A stretch of DNA of 64,000 nt from an uncultured Planctomycetota bacterium (GCA_963699595.1 CAVOUO010000020.1:34301-98300), one strand, 5' to 3'; shown: positions 49,112 to 60,646, numbered from the stretch's first letter. The notes: a model not told the origin generated them from the letters alone. Translations and numbers: made by a program.

Positions 49112-51401
49112 CGACGGGTGAGGACGGGCGTTCGCCCTCCGCTCGAAATCGCACTTCCGTGAGCGCCGCGTCGCAGGCGACGGCGGCTGCGACGCCGAGC
49201 ACCGCATATCTTCCCGGAAATAGAGCTGCCGGCTCGGAGGTTGCCCCCGAGCCGGCAGGATCGAATCCATCAGGCAGGACCGGCTCAAGCCCTCGAAGAC
49301 GTTGCAACGTCTGCGGGCCTGCACTTCTATGCGTTCATGCCTTGTCCCGGCCTGCCGGAGCCTTTTCTTCGATCGCGGCACCGCAGAATCATCATGATGA
49401 TGCCAAGGGCGGCGCAGGGCACGAGCAACTGGCTCGGCGCAGCCCTCCCCACTCGGAGAAAGGGCGCAGCCGCCGGCGGCACCCGTGCCGGTCGCGGCAC
49501 CGGCCGCATCGGCATCGACCAGATAGAACGGCGTGAAGTGCGTCGTCCGGAACTGCAGCGCGCTCAACCTGGTGGAGATATAGAGGTTCTGGACATCTGT
49601 GATCCCCTGTTGACTGAGCGCCCCGGTCACGGAATCGTACCAGTAGGGCAGGATGCGTCGCTTGCCGGTGGAGGTGGTGTACGGAATGGTTACCGTCACC
49701 GCGCTGCTCGAAGTTGGAGCCGCTGGGCCCGAAGTCGTAGCTTCCCAGCAGAGCCTCGCTCGAGATCTGCGGATTGAGGATCCGGGAGATGGCCATGCGG
49801 AGGTCCGCCTGGCAAGCTCCGGCCGGCACAATGATCGATACGTCTTCCGGCCCGTTGATGGCGGCCGGGTCGGTTCCGATCGTGGCGCCTGCCGAGGCCA
49901 CGACCACTTTCGAGTCCAACGGGTTGGGATCGATGAGCGTGGTCGCGGCACTATAGATCTCCGTCGTGGTTCTGCGGTAATCCGTCCAAACCAGATACGG
50001 CTCGCCGTAGCGATCCACGCCGATGGCGGGGTCGCCCTGGTTGGCGTTCGTGCCGTCGTCACCGACGAGGATGTTGGTCCCGGCCGTCCCGGACCGCAGT
50101 TCGGCAACGTACAAGTCCGTGTCAGTGTCCGTGGCGCCGGTATGACGCCAGTCAGTCCAGCAGGCGAAGACCCGCTGGTCCGGGCCGCAGACGACGGCCG
50201 GTGCGGTCTGGTCTGGCGCCGGAGGTGTCGTCGCTGATGCTGATGCCGGCTCACGGGACTGCTCGGCAGACCGTTCAGCGCGGCGTAGCAGACCTCTGTG
50301 TTGCCGCTGCTGTTGTCCACCCACAGCAGGTGCAGGACGGTTCCCGCCCCGGCCGCCACGGCCGGCTGGGTCTGCTCGGCCAGGCCCGGTCACGACCGGC
50401 ACATTGGGCCAGCCCGCCGATGTTGGAGGCAGCGGCATAGATATCCGCCTGGCCGTTCCTCATGTCCGTCCAGAAGACGTAGGCAACGTTGTCGGCGTCG
50501 ACCGCCAGAACCGGTTCTTTCTGGTCCGCGGCGTTGTTCGTGATCTGCGACACCAGTGGACGTGGCAAAGGCATTGGTGGAGCTGGCCGCGTAGATGTCC
50601 TGGTTGCCGTTGCGGTCATCCTGCCAGGCCGACGTAGACGCGGCTCGGCGACTGATGATCGACGGCCAGCGCGGGATTGATCTCGTGGTGCGTGGAATCC
50701 GTGACCCGTACCTCTTTGGTGAAAGTCGCCCCATCCGAACAGATGGCGGCGTAGATATCCCAGTTGCCATTGCGATTGTCCTGCCAGACCACGTACACGG
50801 CGCCCGTCGCACTGACGGCCAGCGCCGGATTGCACTGGTCGCGCCTGTCTGCGGTGAGCCGAATAGGTACTTGGAAGGTACTGGCGTCAAACGCCCGTTT
50901 CGCGATGTAGATGTCCCGGCTGCCCACGGCCCCGGTGTGCCAGGCCACCCAGAGGTTCCCGGCGGGATCGCTCGCCGCGGCCGGCTGGCTGTCGGCATAA
51001 CCTCCCGCGGTGCTGACCGACCGGTTCTTGCCGAAGGCCCGCATTTCCGTCGTGAAGGAGATCTGGCACTCGCTCATGACATTTCCCGCCTGGTCGGCGG
51101 CATTCACGCGGACGGCCACCGTCTGGTCGAAGCCGAACATCGCATTGGGCTGGTAGATGAACCGATAATCATTCTTCGTGCCGGAACGGCTGCATTGGCC
51201 CTTTGCGCTCGTGTAGACGGCCATGTTGCCCTGGTAGACGACGTTGCCATCGACCCGAATCGCCACGGAATTGGCGTCCACGCCGGAGTTGGCGTCGGTG
51301 ATATGAAGCGTCACCAGGTTGTTCAAGGGCACTTGAATGGCGTCCGGGGCCGGCGACCACTGGACCACCGCCGGAGCAATCTGATCGTTCAGAACGCCGG
51401 A

Positions 51402-53677
51402 CACGGTGAGGCTGACCGTCTCGGAGTCCGTAAGCTGGCCATCGCTGACGGTGAAGGTGACCGGATAGGTGCCGGTCTGGCTGGACGCGGGTGTCCAGGC
51501 AAAGGTCTGACCCGTCAGCGCGGCGCCGCTGGGCAGCGCACCGGCGGAATAGGTCAGACTATCTCCGTCCGGGTCGGTCGCCGAGAGGACGAAGCTCAGG
51601 GGCTTGGTCGCGTCCACCGTCCTGCTGCCGATGGCGGCCAGAATCGGCGGTCGGTCCACATGGACGACGGTAATGGTGATGGTCTGTGAGGTCTGCAACT
51701 GGCCGTCACCGGCGGTGAACGTCACGTCATAGCGGCCGGCCTGGGTGTAGGTCGGCGTCCAACTGAACGTCGGACCGGTCAGACCCGCGCCCGTAGGGAG
51801 ACTCGTGGCCGAATAGGTGATGGGATCGTTGTCGGCATCCGTGGCACTGATCGTGAATGTCAGAGCCTGATTCTCACTGGCCGACTTGTTCCCGATGACG
51901 GCCAGGACCGGAGCCGCGTTGGGCTTCGCCACGGTGATCGTGCTGGACTTGGAATCCTGGGCCGTGCCGTCACTGACCGTGACCGTGACCGTGTAGCTGC
52001 CGGCCTGAGTGGCGCCGGGCGTCCACGTGAACGTCTGCCCGGAGAACGTGGCGCCGCCGGCAGGCCGGAGGCCGAGTAGGTCAGAGCGCCGCGGCCGCCG
52101 GTGGCACTAACCGTGAACGTCAAAGTCTGGCCCACGGTCGCCTGCTGATTGCCGATGGAGGCCAGCACGGGAGCCGTGCCGGTCGCGGCCGGCCAGACGG
52201 GACCGCATTGGGCTCGATACGTATCCCACATGTTCGCGGTGAAATTGCTCATCGACCGCCACCAACCGGCGTACTCTCCGCCGGGGGCCGTAAAGGCCAT
52301 GTACCGATCCGTATAGTCGAAGAAGGCGTCGTGATTCCACCGAGCCTTGCCGCCGGGAGTCAGCAGGGCCGCCAGGGCCGTGCCGTGGAAAGGCGGACAG
52401 GCCACCGCGCGGTACTCCGTCGGAAGCCACTTGTTGCTCAGCTCCGGGTTGCTGGAATGCCGAATTCCCCACTCGGGCAGCCCGAGATCGGAGCTGCTGT
52501 ACGGAATCCGCTGGGCATCCCGGGAATCCGGATTCCAGGTGGGGCCGTTCGTGACGCTGACATCGAGCGAGGCCACGTAGAAGGTCTGGTCATCCTCGCC
52601 GAAGTGCACATAGCCGGGCGGATTGTGGGCAGGCCCATAGCCGGTCTGATAGAGAGAATCCCCGGATTGGGCGCCGATGGATTCCATGTCGGTATCGTGG
52701 AGGGCCAGGCCGGCAAAGAGGATGGGCCACTTGCGACCGCCCGCGTGACCGCCGTCATTGAACCAATGCCAGCTACCGCCGTTGGCCACGACCCCGTAGA
52801 GGTCGATCCCCAACTGCACGTACCGGATGAAGAGAGTCTCCTTCTGGGCGTTCGTGAAGTTCAGATGGAGCATCAGGGCGCCGATCCCGATGTTCGTATG
52901 CATCTCGCGCCCGTAGTCGGGCATGTTGAGGCTCGGGTGCTGGTACCGGGCCACCCAAGTCCCCTGGTGGTCGATCCACGGCGCGGCGAACATCGCCTCC
53001 ACGCTCGCCAGCGTCGGTGTCTCGGCGACCGGCGCGAGGGACTTGAGGAGCGAGTAGTTCAACGCGGATTTGTCGAACTTGATCGTTTTGTCCGAGCCGG
53101 AGTATGGAGGCCGGAAACTACCGGCTGCGGCGGGGGAAGTCAAGACCGTCAGAACGGCCGCCCGCTGCAACTGCGGCAGGCTGCCCGCGGCATCCAGGCT
53201 GATCGTCGACACGAGGGACGAATGGGCCGCCAGGACCAGGGGGTTGCTGCTGGACCGGCTGTAGGCCACGTTCAGGGCCGCATCGTAGGTGTTGGAGGGC
53301 ATCGAGTTGTCATACCCCTGGCTGGCATTGCCCGGCACGGGGTTGAGCATCGAGCCATTCCTGATCCGGCCGCTCACCAGCGTGGACGGCGGGTTGATGC
53401 CAATAATCTTGACGGGCCCGACGACCCAGAAATCCCGGTTGGCAAACTGGCCCACCGGGTAGGTGGTGTCGAACGTCCACGTAATGCCGAATTGCTGCAG
53501 GGCACTCGCCCGATAGGAGACCTGGGTAGGCCAGGGGGCGGCGTACGCGGCGGCATCCGCCGACTGGATGATAATCGTGTCGCCGCTGGCGGCGGCGGAT
53601 TGCACCTTGGTCAGGGTCTGCCAGGGGGCACTGCTCGTGCCGGGATTGCTGTCGTTGCCGCTGGCCGTGTTGAGGTA
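51402..53677 (-). repeat. Intragenic tandem duplication, copy 2
   Basis: Starts ATYYLNTASGNDSNPGTSSAPWQTLTKVQ and ends ...TFTVSDGQLTDSETVSLTV. The period is about 2.3 kb. Confidence 0.8.
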
Positions 53678-56000
53678 GTAGGTGGCGGCCGCCACCGGCG
53701 GCTGGTCCACGCCCACGACGGTGATCGTGATCGTCCGGGAGGTCTGCAACTGACCGTCGCTGGCCGTGAACGTCACAGTGTAGCTGCCCGCCTGGCTGGA
53801 GGTAGGCGTCCAGGCAAAGGTCTGGCCCGTCAGCGTGGCGCCGCTGGGCAGCGTGCCGGCGGAGTACGTCAAACTGTCTCCATCCGGGTCCGTCGCCGAC
53901 AGCGTGAAGGTCAGCAGGCTGCTGACATTCACCGACCGGTCAGTGATGTCGGCCAGAACCGGCGGCCGGTCGGTGTTGGCCACGGTGATCGTGATTGTCT
54001 GCGAGGTTTGCGTTTTCCCGTCACTGGCAATGAACGTCACGTTGTAACTGCCTGCCTGGGTGTAGGTCGGGGTCCAACTGAAGGTCGGACTGTTCAGACC
54101 CGCGCCGGCGGGCAAGCCCGTGGCGGAATACGTGATCGGATCGTTGTCGGCATCCGTGGCACTGAGCGTGAACGTCAGCGCCTGATTCTCACCCGTCGAC
54201 TTGTTCCCGATGGTCGGCCAGGACCGGAGCCGAGTTGGGCTTGATCACGGTGATCGTGATGGTCTCGGAATCCTGGGCGGTACTGTCCCGGACCGTGAAC
54301 GTGACCGTGTAGCTGCCGGCCTGGGTTGCCCCCGGGGTCCACGTGAACGTCTGCCCGGAGAACGCGGCGCCGGCCGGAAGCCCGGAGGCCGAGTAGGTCA
54401 GAGTGCCGCTGCCACCCGTGGCGCTGACCGTAAACGTCAGAGTCTGGCCCGTTGCCACCTGCTGATTGCCGAGGGGGGCCAGGACGGGAGCGCTACCGCC
54501 GGTGGCCGGCCAAACGGGTCCCAATTGGGCTCTATAGGTGTCCCACATGTTCGCGGTAAACCCGCTCATCGACCTCCACCAGCCGGCGAATTCCCCCCCG
54601 GTGGCCGTGAAGGCCATATACCGGTCCGCATAATCGAAGAAGGCGTTGTGATTCCACAAGGCTTTGCCGCCGGGAGTCAGCAGGGCGGCCAGGGCCGTGC
54701 CGTGGAAGGGCGGACCCGCGACGTTGCGATACTCCGTGGGAAGGTACTTGTTGCTCATCTCCGGGTTCGTGGCGTGCCGAATCCCCCACTCGGGCAGCCC
54801 GATATCGGAGGTGCTGTACGGAATCTTCACGGCATCCCGGGAATCCGGATTCCACGTGGGGCCGTTCGTGACGCTGACATCGAGCGACGCCACGTGGAAG
54901 GTCTGGTCGTCCTCTCCGAAGTGCAGATAGCCGGGCGGATTATTGCCGGGCCCATAGCCGGTTTGATAGAGGTAATCCCCGGATTTGGCGCCGACGGATT
55001 TCATGGCGGCGTCATTGAGGACCATACCGGCAAAGAGGATGGGCCACTTGCGTCCGCCCGCGTGACCACCGTCATTGGCCCAGTGCCAACTGCCGCCGTT
55101 GGTCAGGATCCCGTAGAAGTCGATACCTAATTGCACATACCGGATGAAAAGGGTTTCCTTCTGGGCGTTCGTGAAGCTCAGATGGAGCATCAGGGCGCCA
55201 GTTCCGATGTTCGTATACATCTCGCGCCCATAATCAGGCATGTTGAGGCTCGGGTGTTGATACCGAGCGACCCATCCCGCCTGATGGTCGATCCACGGTG
55301 CGGCAAACATGGCCTCCACACTGGCCAGTGCCGGCGTCCCGGAGACCGGCGCGAGCGACTTGAGCAGCGTGTAGTTCAGCGCGGACTTGTTGAACTTGAT
55401 CGTCTTGTCCGTGCCACAGTACGGGGGCCGGAAGCTGCCGGGTGCGGCAGGGGAAGTCAGAACGGTCAGGACGACGGCCCGCTGCACTTGCGGTAGGCTG
55501 CCCCCCGCATCCATACTGATCGTCGACACGAGGGACGAATTCGCCGCCAGGACGAGGGGGTTGCTGTTGGACCGGTTATAGGCCACGTTCAGGGCCGCAT
55601 CGTAGGTGTTGAAGGGCATCGAGTTGTCATACCCTTGGCTGGCATTGCCGGGCACGGGGTTGAGCATCGAGCCGTTCTTGATCCGGCCGCTGACCAGCGT
55701 GGACGGTGGATTGATTCCGACGATCTTGACGGGTCCGACGACCCAGAAATCTCGGTTGGCAAACTGGCCGACAGGGTAGTCGGTGTCGAACGTCCAAGTG
55801 ATGGCGAATTGCTGAAGGACGCTCGCTCGGTAAGAAACGTGGGTGGGCCAAGGGGCGGCGTACGTGGTGGCGTCCGCCGACTGGATGACGATCGTGTCGC
55901 CACTGGCGGCAGATTGCACTTTGGTCAAGGTTTTCCAGGGGGCACTGATGGTGCCGGGATTGCCGTCGCTGCCGCTGGTCGTATTGAGATAGTAGGTGGC
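53678..56000 (-). repeat. Intragenic tandem duplication, copy 1 (uncharacterised domain + 3 Ig-like domains)
   Basis: Starts ATYYLNTTSGSDGNPGTISAPWKTLTKVQ and ends ...TFTASDGQLQTSRTITITVVGVDQPPVAA. It is about 85 percent identical (by eye) to copy 2 at protein level. Confidence 0.8.
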
Positions 56001-56110
56001 GGCGCTTGCCAGTGCCTGTACCCCCAGGCAGTACGACAGCACCGCCGCGACGCCAAGACGGCGATAGCACACGGTGATTCGGCACTAAGGGATGATCGCT
56101 GTGACTACGG

Positions 56111-56193
56111 GTTTCCATGTTACTGCTCTCGGTGCTACTACGTTCGATGTTGCTGCTTTCCATGCTATTACTTACTTTCTTATGTTCCTTGTT
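56111..56193. repeat. Degenerate ~15-bp tandem repeat (4-5 units) 40-120 nt upstream of the giant gene start
   Basis: Units: gttactgctctcggt / gctactacgttcgat / gttgctgctttccat / gctattacttacttt, with flanking related units. Local GC is clearly below the window average. Confidence 0.55.
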
Positions 56194-57198
56194 ACTCTGT
56201 GCGACGTTGTCTCCCTTATTCGTACCTTACGTGACTCTTCTCCAATCAAAATCCACGATGTTCGTAGGTTACACAACAATTCTGCAATCAAAACCTACAA
56301 TATAATATAAAGGAGTCGCCAAAAGACGTGAGCGCGTCCACAAACGACCACGGACTCGGTGGTCTGTGGACCTTCGGTTGGCGGTGCAGAGGCAGGGGCC
56401 GGGAGGGCATCCCATTGCCCGAGGCGAGCCGCGGAACACATTGTCTTCCATGCCGTGGCAACGTCTTGATCCTGTGACTTACATCTTTTATATCTGGACA
56501 AGAGGATCGCGACATGATACAAAAAAGAATTGTGAGAGAGTTTTTGTGGAGATGGATGGGGGTCACGCCCATTGATGGATCTCAGGAACACTGTGCGGTC
56601 AGGCATTTTCGGCCTGTCAATGCACTCGTGGGGGCATGCGCTATGCTCAGAACATCAGGTCCTCTGGAATCCGTGGCGCAGCAAGTCATCCTCATCGACT
56701 CTGGTGATCTCTGTCATAACCCCTGCTCTTATCGATACTTAAGTTGAGACACGCACTCGGTCCGGCACATGAGGAGCCGCCCGGCTGCGAGCAGGGTCCG
56801 ATAGTCCATCTGCCGTCAAGACTATAATCTATGTAGGAATTTCCTGACCGCAGATGCAGGCAACGGCGTGCCGGGAGCGGTTTTTCGGCCGAAAACCGGC
56901 CTTTTCAATGCTTCTGGAAGGTACGAGGCGTAGTTGGAAATGCCTAATTTGCAGGTCATTGTAAGACGATACAATCGTCGGGCGCTCAAGTGCCGTACCT
57001 GGCCATGCTGTTATTGGCGGCCGGTTGGATGCTGTCTTGCGCACCGGCAACTGTGAGTTGGATATCGCCGCAAGGTCTTACCCTTCACGGAGTTGCGCAT
57101 GTCCAGGATGACAACCGACGGGGACGGAGTCTGACCGGGCCTGGGTGTGGCCGATCTACGCCAAAGGTTCGGAACATCGGTGCTGGGACGGCTCGCCC

Positions 57199-58134
57199 AT
57201 GATGGTCAGCATCGCCATCTGCACTTACAACAACGCCAGGAAACTGGAGGCTGTTCTGGAGACCCTTCGGGGTCTGATATGCCCTCCCGCCCTGGAGTAC
57301 GAAATCCTGGTGGTTGACAACAATAGCAGCGACGAGACGAAGGGTGTCGTCGAGAGATGCCAGGCGGCATGGGGACAACGGCTGAGGTATATCCTTGAGA
57401 GAACTCAGGGTCTGAGCCACGCCCGGAACCGGGCACTGAAAGAGGCCGTGGGGGACATTGTCTCGTATATCGACGACGACGTGAAAGTGGACCCCGGCTG
57501 GCTCTCGGCCGTGGCGACGGCGTTTGAGGAGTATTCCGCGGCGGTCGTCGGCGGCAAGAGCTATCTGATCTACCCCGCGCAGCGGCCCGCTTGGCTTCCC
57601 GAGGAATACGAGTCCCTCTTGTCGAAGTTGGACTATGGCGATCAGGCCATCGTGGGGTTGGACAAGGACCTGTTTGGACTGAACTTTTCGGTCCGGAAGG
57701 AATTGGCCGTGCAACTGGGAGGATTTGACACCTCTCTGGGTCGGTGCCGACATTCCCTGTGCTCGGGCGAGGAATCGGATCTGCTCCATCGCATTCGGGA
57801 AACAGGGGGTCTGGCCGTCTATGAACCCAGAGCGATCGTGGGGCACGTGGTCTCTTCCGAGAGAATGACGGTCTGGTGGTTCGTGAAGAGACTGTTTGCG
57901 GCCGGCCGGGACGGCGTGACCATGGCCGCGAAGAACGGTGCTGCTCTTCCATCGGTCTGGGGCGCTGCGGTCCACGCGATCCGGTGCTGCGGGAGCATCC
58001 TCAAAAGCATCGTCTTCGGCGATCTCTCTGCGAAGGTCATTCTCGGCAAGGGATTGGTGGCCGCAGTACGCCTTGGGAACGCTGGATCGTCGCATTCGAT
58101 TGGCCGTTACCGCCCTGTTTTGGGGACATGCACA
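57199..58134 (+). CDS. Family-2 glycosyltransferase (module 1); no stop before the next GT2 module in the same frame
   Basis: MMVSIAICTYNNARKLEAVLETL...EILVVDNNSSDETK...GLSHARNRALKEAVGDIVSYIDDDVKVDPGWL. Confidence 0.7.
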
Positions 58135-59069
58135 ATGCCGTGGGTGAGCGTCGTTATCCCGACGTACAACCGCGCCCAACAGATTGCCCGAGCGATCGAC
58201 AGCGTGATCGCTCAAACGGGTGTGGATTGTGAGATCATCGTCGTGGACGATGGCTCCCGGGACGCCACCGGCGACGTGATCAGGCCCTACGGCGACCGCG
58301 TAAGGTACGTCCGGCAGGACAACGCCGGCCCGAGTGCCGCACGGAACCGCGGCTGGCGGATGGCGCAGCACGACTGGATTGCCTTCCTGGATTCCGACGA
58401 CCTGTGGAAGCCTGCGAAGCTCCGGCGCCAGATGGAACTGGTGGAACGCACGGGGACGCGCGTCTGTTTCACGGACATTGAGATCATGGGTGCCCAGGAA
58501 CGGGCCGAGGCCGTGCCCAGCACCGGCCAGGCCGGCCAGGAGGTGTTTGAGGAACCGTTTGAATTGATACTCCAGCCGTCGCGGGTGCTCTATGTTCAGT
58601 CCATGCTGATCCGACGGGAGTTGCTGAACCGTGTCGGCGGCTTCGATGAACGCTTGCGAGTCGGGGAAGACACGAAGCTGGTCTACGAATTGGCCTTTGA
58701 AACTCCTTTTGCCTATGTGGATGAGCCTCTGGTGTTCGTGGAACGTTCTCCCGCGCGAAATGGTCTGGTGGGGGACTGGTCCGGCGCGCGGCGGAATTCC
58801 TGGATTCCCATATCCGGATCATCTCGCAGGCCTATTTTCGTTACCTGGGCCGGAATCCTGTCGTGACCGGCCGGCTGCGGCACATTCTGGGACATTTTCT
58901 TTCCCTCCGGGCCGTAATGCTGTGCGCGAGCAAGCGTTATGGGGCCGCCCGTCACGCCGCGTGGGACGCCCTTCGCTTCGGAGGGGCCTTCCGGAGCTAC
59001 CGGAGGGCCCTGGCGGCGCTGCTTCTGCCGCACGTTCTGGGAAGATTACGCCGCACCACTTGGAGGTAG
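58135..59069 (+). pseudogene. Family-2 glycosyltransferase (module 2); frame break near 58790
   Basis: MPWVSVVIPTYNRAQQIARAIDSVIAQTGVDCEIIVVDDGSRDATGDVI...NAGPSAARNRGWRMAQHDWIAFLDSDDLWKPAKL. The C-terminus continues in ORF 58863..59069 (preceded in that frame by HIRIISQAYFRYLGRNPV). Confidence 0.7.
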
Positions 59070-60054
59070 TGATTCCTGAACCCTCTCGTCAGCATCATCA
59101 TTCCTACCTTCAATCGCGCCGGCGTAGTCACGCGGGCGATCGACTCCGTACTGGGGCAGACTTACCGTCCCGTGGAAGTCGTGGTCGTCGATGATGGATC
59201 GACGGACGAAACGCCGGAAATCCTCCAGAGCTATGGGGATGCCATTGTCTCGGTGGTCCAGGAGAATGCGGGGCCTTCGGCGGCCCGAAATCGAGGCATT
59301 CGGGAATCGAGGGGCGACCTCATCGCCTTTCTCGATTCCGACGATCTGTGGCTGGCCACCAAGCTCCAGCGGCAAGTGGACCTGTTGCAGCGCGCCGGCG
59401 CGGACGTGCCCTGTTGCCTCTGCAACACGCGCATGAGAATCGCAGAGGGCCGGGAGGAGAACTCCTTTCAGATCGCGCAGCTGATCCTGGGAGAGCCGCA
59501 GGGGTTGTGGGTCAATCCGGCCCCGGTCCTGGCGACGCGTTTTGTGCTGTTCTGCCAGGCGGCGTTGATTCGACGGGAATTTCTGCTGGACTGCGGCGGA
59601 TTTGACGAGCGGCTGTGGCTGATGGAGGACCATGATCTGGCACTGCGGCTGGCGTTGCGCGGGCCGTGGGCCGTGATTCGCGATCCGCTCGTCGTGTGGT
59701 GCGGCGCCAACGATGATTTCAACCTCTCGGTCGCGGCCCAGAAAGAGCCGGCGCGGCTCTTGGCGTGCATCGAGTACATCGAGCGGAAGATTCTGGAACA
59801 AGAAAAGGGACGTCGACCGGCAAGTGAAACGATACCTTCAGCGCGATCTTCAAGGGGTCCGCCGGAGATTGTTGGCGCAACGGTGGGGCGCACAGGGGCG
59901 ATTCCTGCCACGGACAGCCGCCAAAATCGTCGCCGGATGGGAGCGCCTCAGGCAAGCATGGTTTCGACGCTCCTGGTCCTATCCCAGGGCGGAACTGCGG
60001 CCGATCCACGACCACGATTCGACGGCTGAGGTCGGGCAGGCGTTCCGGGGGTAG
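59070..60054 (+). pseudogene. Family-2 glycosyltransferase (module 3); start region and the ~59800 region are frame-broken
   Basis: LNPLVSIIIPTFNRAGVVTRAIDSVLGQTYRPVEVVVVDDGSTDETPEIL...NAGPSAARNRGIRESRGDLIAFLDSDDLWLATKL. RBS GGAGG at 59064-59068 and GTG at 59070 are in a neighbouring frame. The C-terminus lies in ORF 59713..60054. Confidence 0.7.
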
Positions 60055-60058
60055 GCGT

Positions 60059-60646
60059 ATGGCCGGCGTTTTCACCACAAAACGATGCGCGAACCTGGCG
60101 GGTGCGGTCTGGCACTACGTGCGTTGGCGCCCCCGGTTCTATTCGTTTGGCTGGCGGTCCCGACTGGGCCGCTGCGATATGCTGACCAATCCGCGGGCCA
60201 TCTCGATCGGTCGAAACGTGCTCATCCGAAAAGGAGCGCGTCTGGAGGCGGTCGGCGCGGATTCCAATGATGGTCCGAAATTGATCATCGGGGATGGCAC
60301 GGCGATCCAGTTCTACTTTCATTGCGGTGCGGCCGGCCGAGTGACGATCGGCCGGAATGTGCTGGTGGGCGGCAGGGTTTATATCACGGACCACGATCAT
60401 AGCTATGATGAGCCGGATCTCAGTGCGCGGGAGAGCCCCAGACTCAGGGTCGCCCCCGTCGAGATCGGCGACGGTGCGTTCCTGGGGGAGGGGTGTGTGA
60501 TCCTGAAGGGCGTGCGCGTCGGGAAACGAGCGGTCGTGGCCGCCAATGCCGTTGTCACCCGGGACGTCCCGGACTTCACCGTGGTCGCCGGCGTGCCGGC
60601 CCGCGTCGTCAAGTCCGTGTCTCCCACGACGAAGTATGACGTGTAG
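60059..60646 (+). CDS. Left-handed beta-helix (hexapeptide-repeat) O-acetyltransferase
   Basis: ISIGRNVLIRKGARLEAV...IIGDGTAIQFYFHCGAAGRVTIGRNVLVGGRVYITDHDH...VEIGDGAFLGEGCVILKGVRVGKRAVVAANAVVTRDVPDFTVVAGVPARVV. Intact. Confidence 0.8.
   Translation: MAGVFTTKRCANLAGAVWHYVRWRPRFYSFGWRSRLGRCDMLTNPRAISIGRNVLIRKGARLEAVGADSNDGPKLIIGDGTAIQFYFHCGAAGRVTIGRNVLVGGRVYITDHDHSYDEPDLSARESPRLRVAPVEIGDGAFLGEGCVILKGVRVGKRAVVAANAVVTRDVPDFTVVAGVPARVVKSVSPTTKYDV

Larger units (their letters stand above)
49327..56072 (-). pseudogene. Giant secreted surface protein (~2,246 codons): signal peptide, 2 x [~500-aa uncharacterised domain + 3 Ig/cadherin-like domains], extra Ig-like domain, ~7 DIYxA propeller-like repeats, C-terminal sorting-signal-like tail; at least 8 frame breaks
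   Basis: Collinear ORFs 54189..56072, 51860..54115 and 50616..51932, then pieces of 50390..50998, 50275..50835, 49392..50438, 49010..50359 and 49327..49515. Each junction continues the expected domain, e.g. VIKPNSAPVLA|...NQALTFTLSATDADNDPITYSA by analogy with the second copy. GTG start at 56072 gives CYRRLGVAAVLSYCLGVQALASA. TAG at 49327-49329. Confidence 0.75.

Noticed and set aside
52208-54244. 678-aa and 309-aa plus-strand ORFs (52208..54244, 54201..55130) inside the adhesin region
   Set aside because: They are antisense to the Ig/domain-X coding frames and have Arg/Gly-rich nonsense composition. The minus-strand reading gives repeated, internally consistent domains.
56514-56747. 77-codon ORF (MIQKRIVREFLWRWMGV...) with a plausible AGAGGA RBS in the AT-rich region
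   Set aside because: It has no recognisable family and an odd composition. It sits in a region where low GC makes open frames short and random. It is kept only as part of the regulatory-region finding.
56877-56907. Near-perfect palindrome cggtttttcggccgaaaaccg plus T-run, resembling an intrinsic terminator
   Set aside because: No accepted gene ends upstream of it on either strand. It may be an operator or an sRNA terminator, but that cannot be supported from sequence alone.
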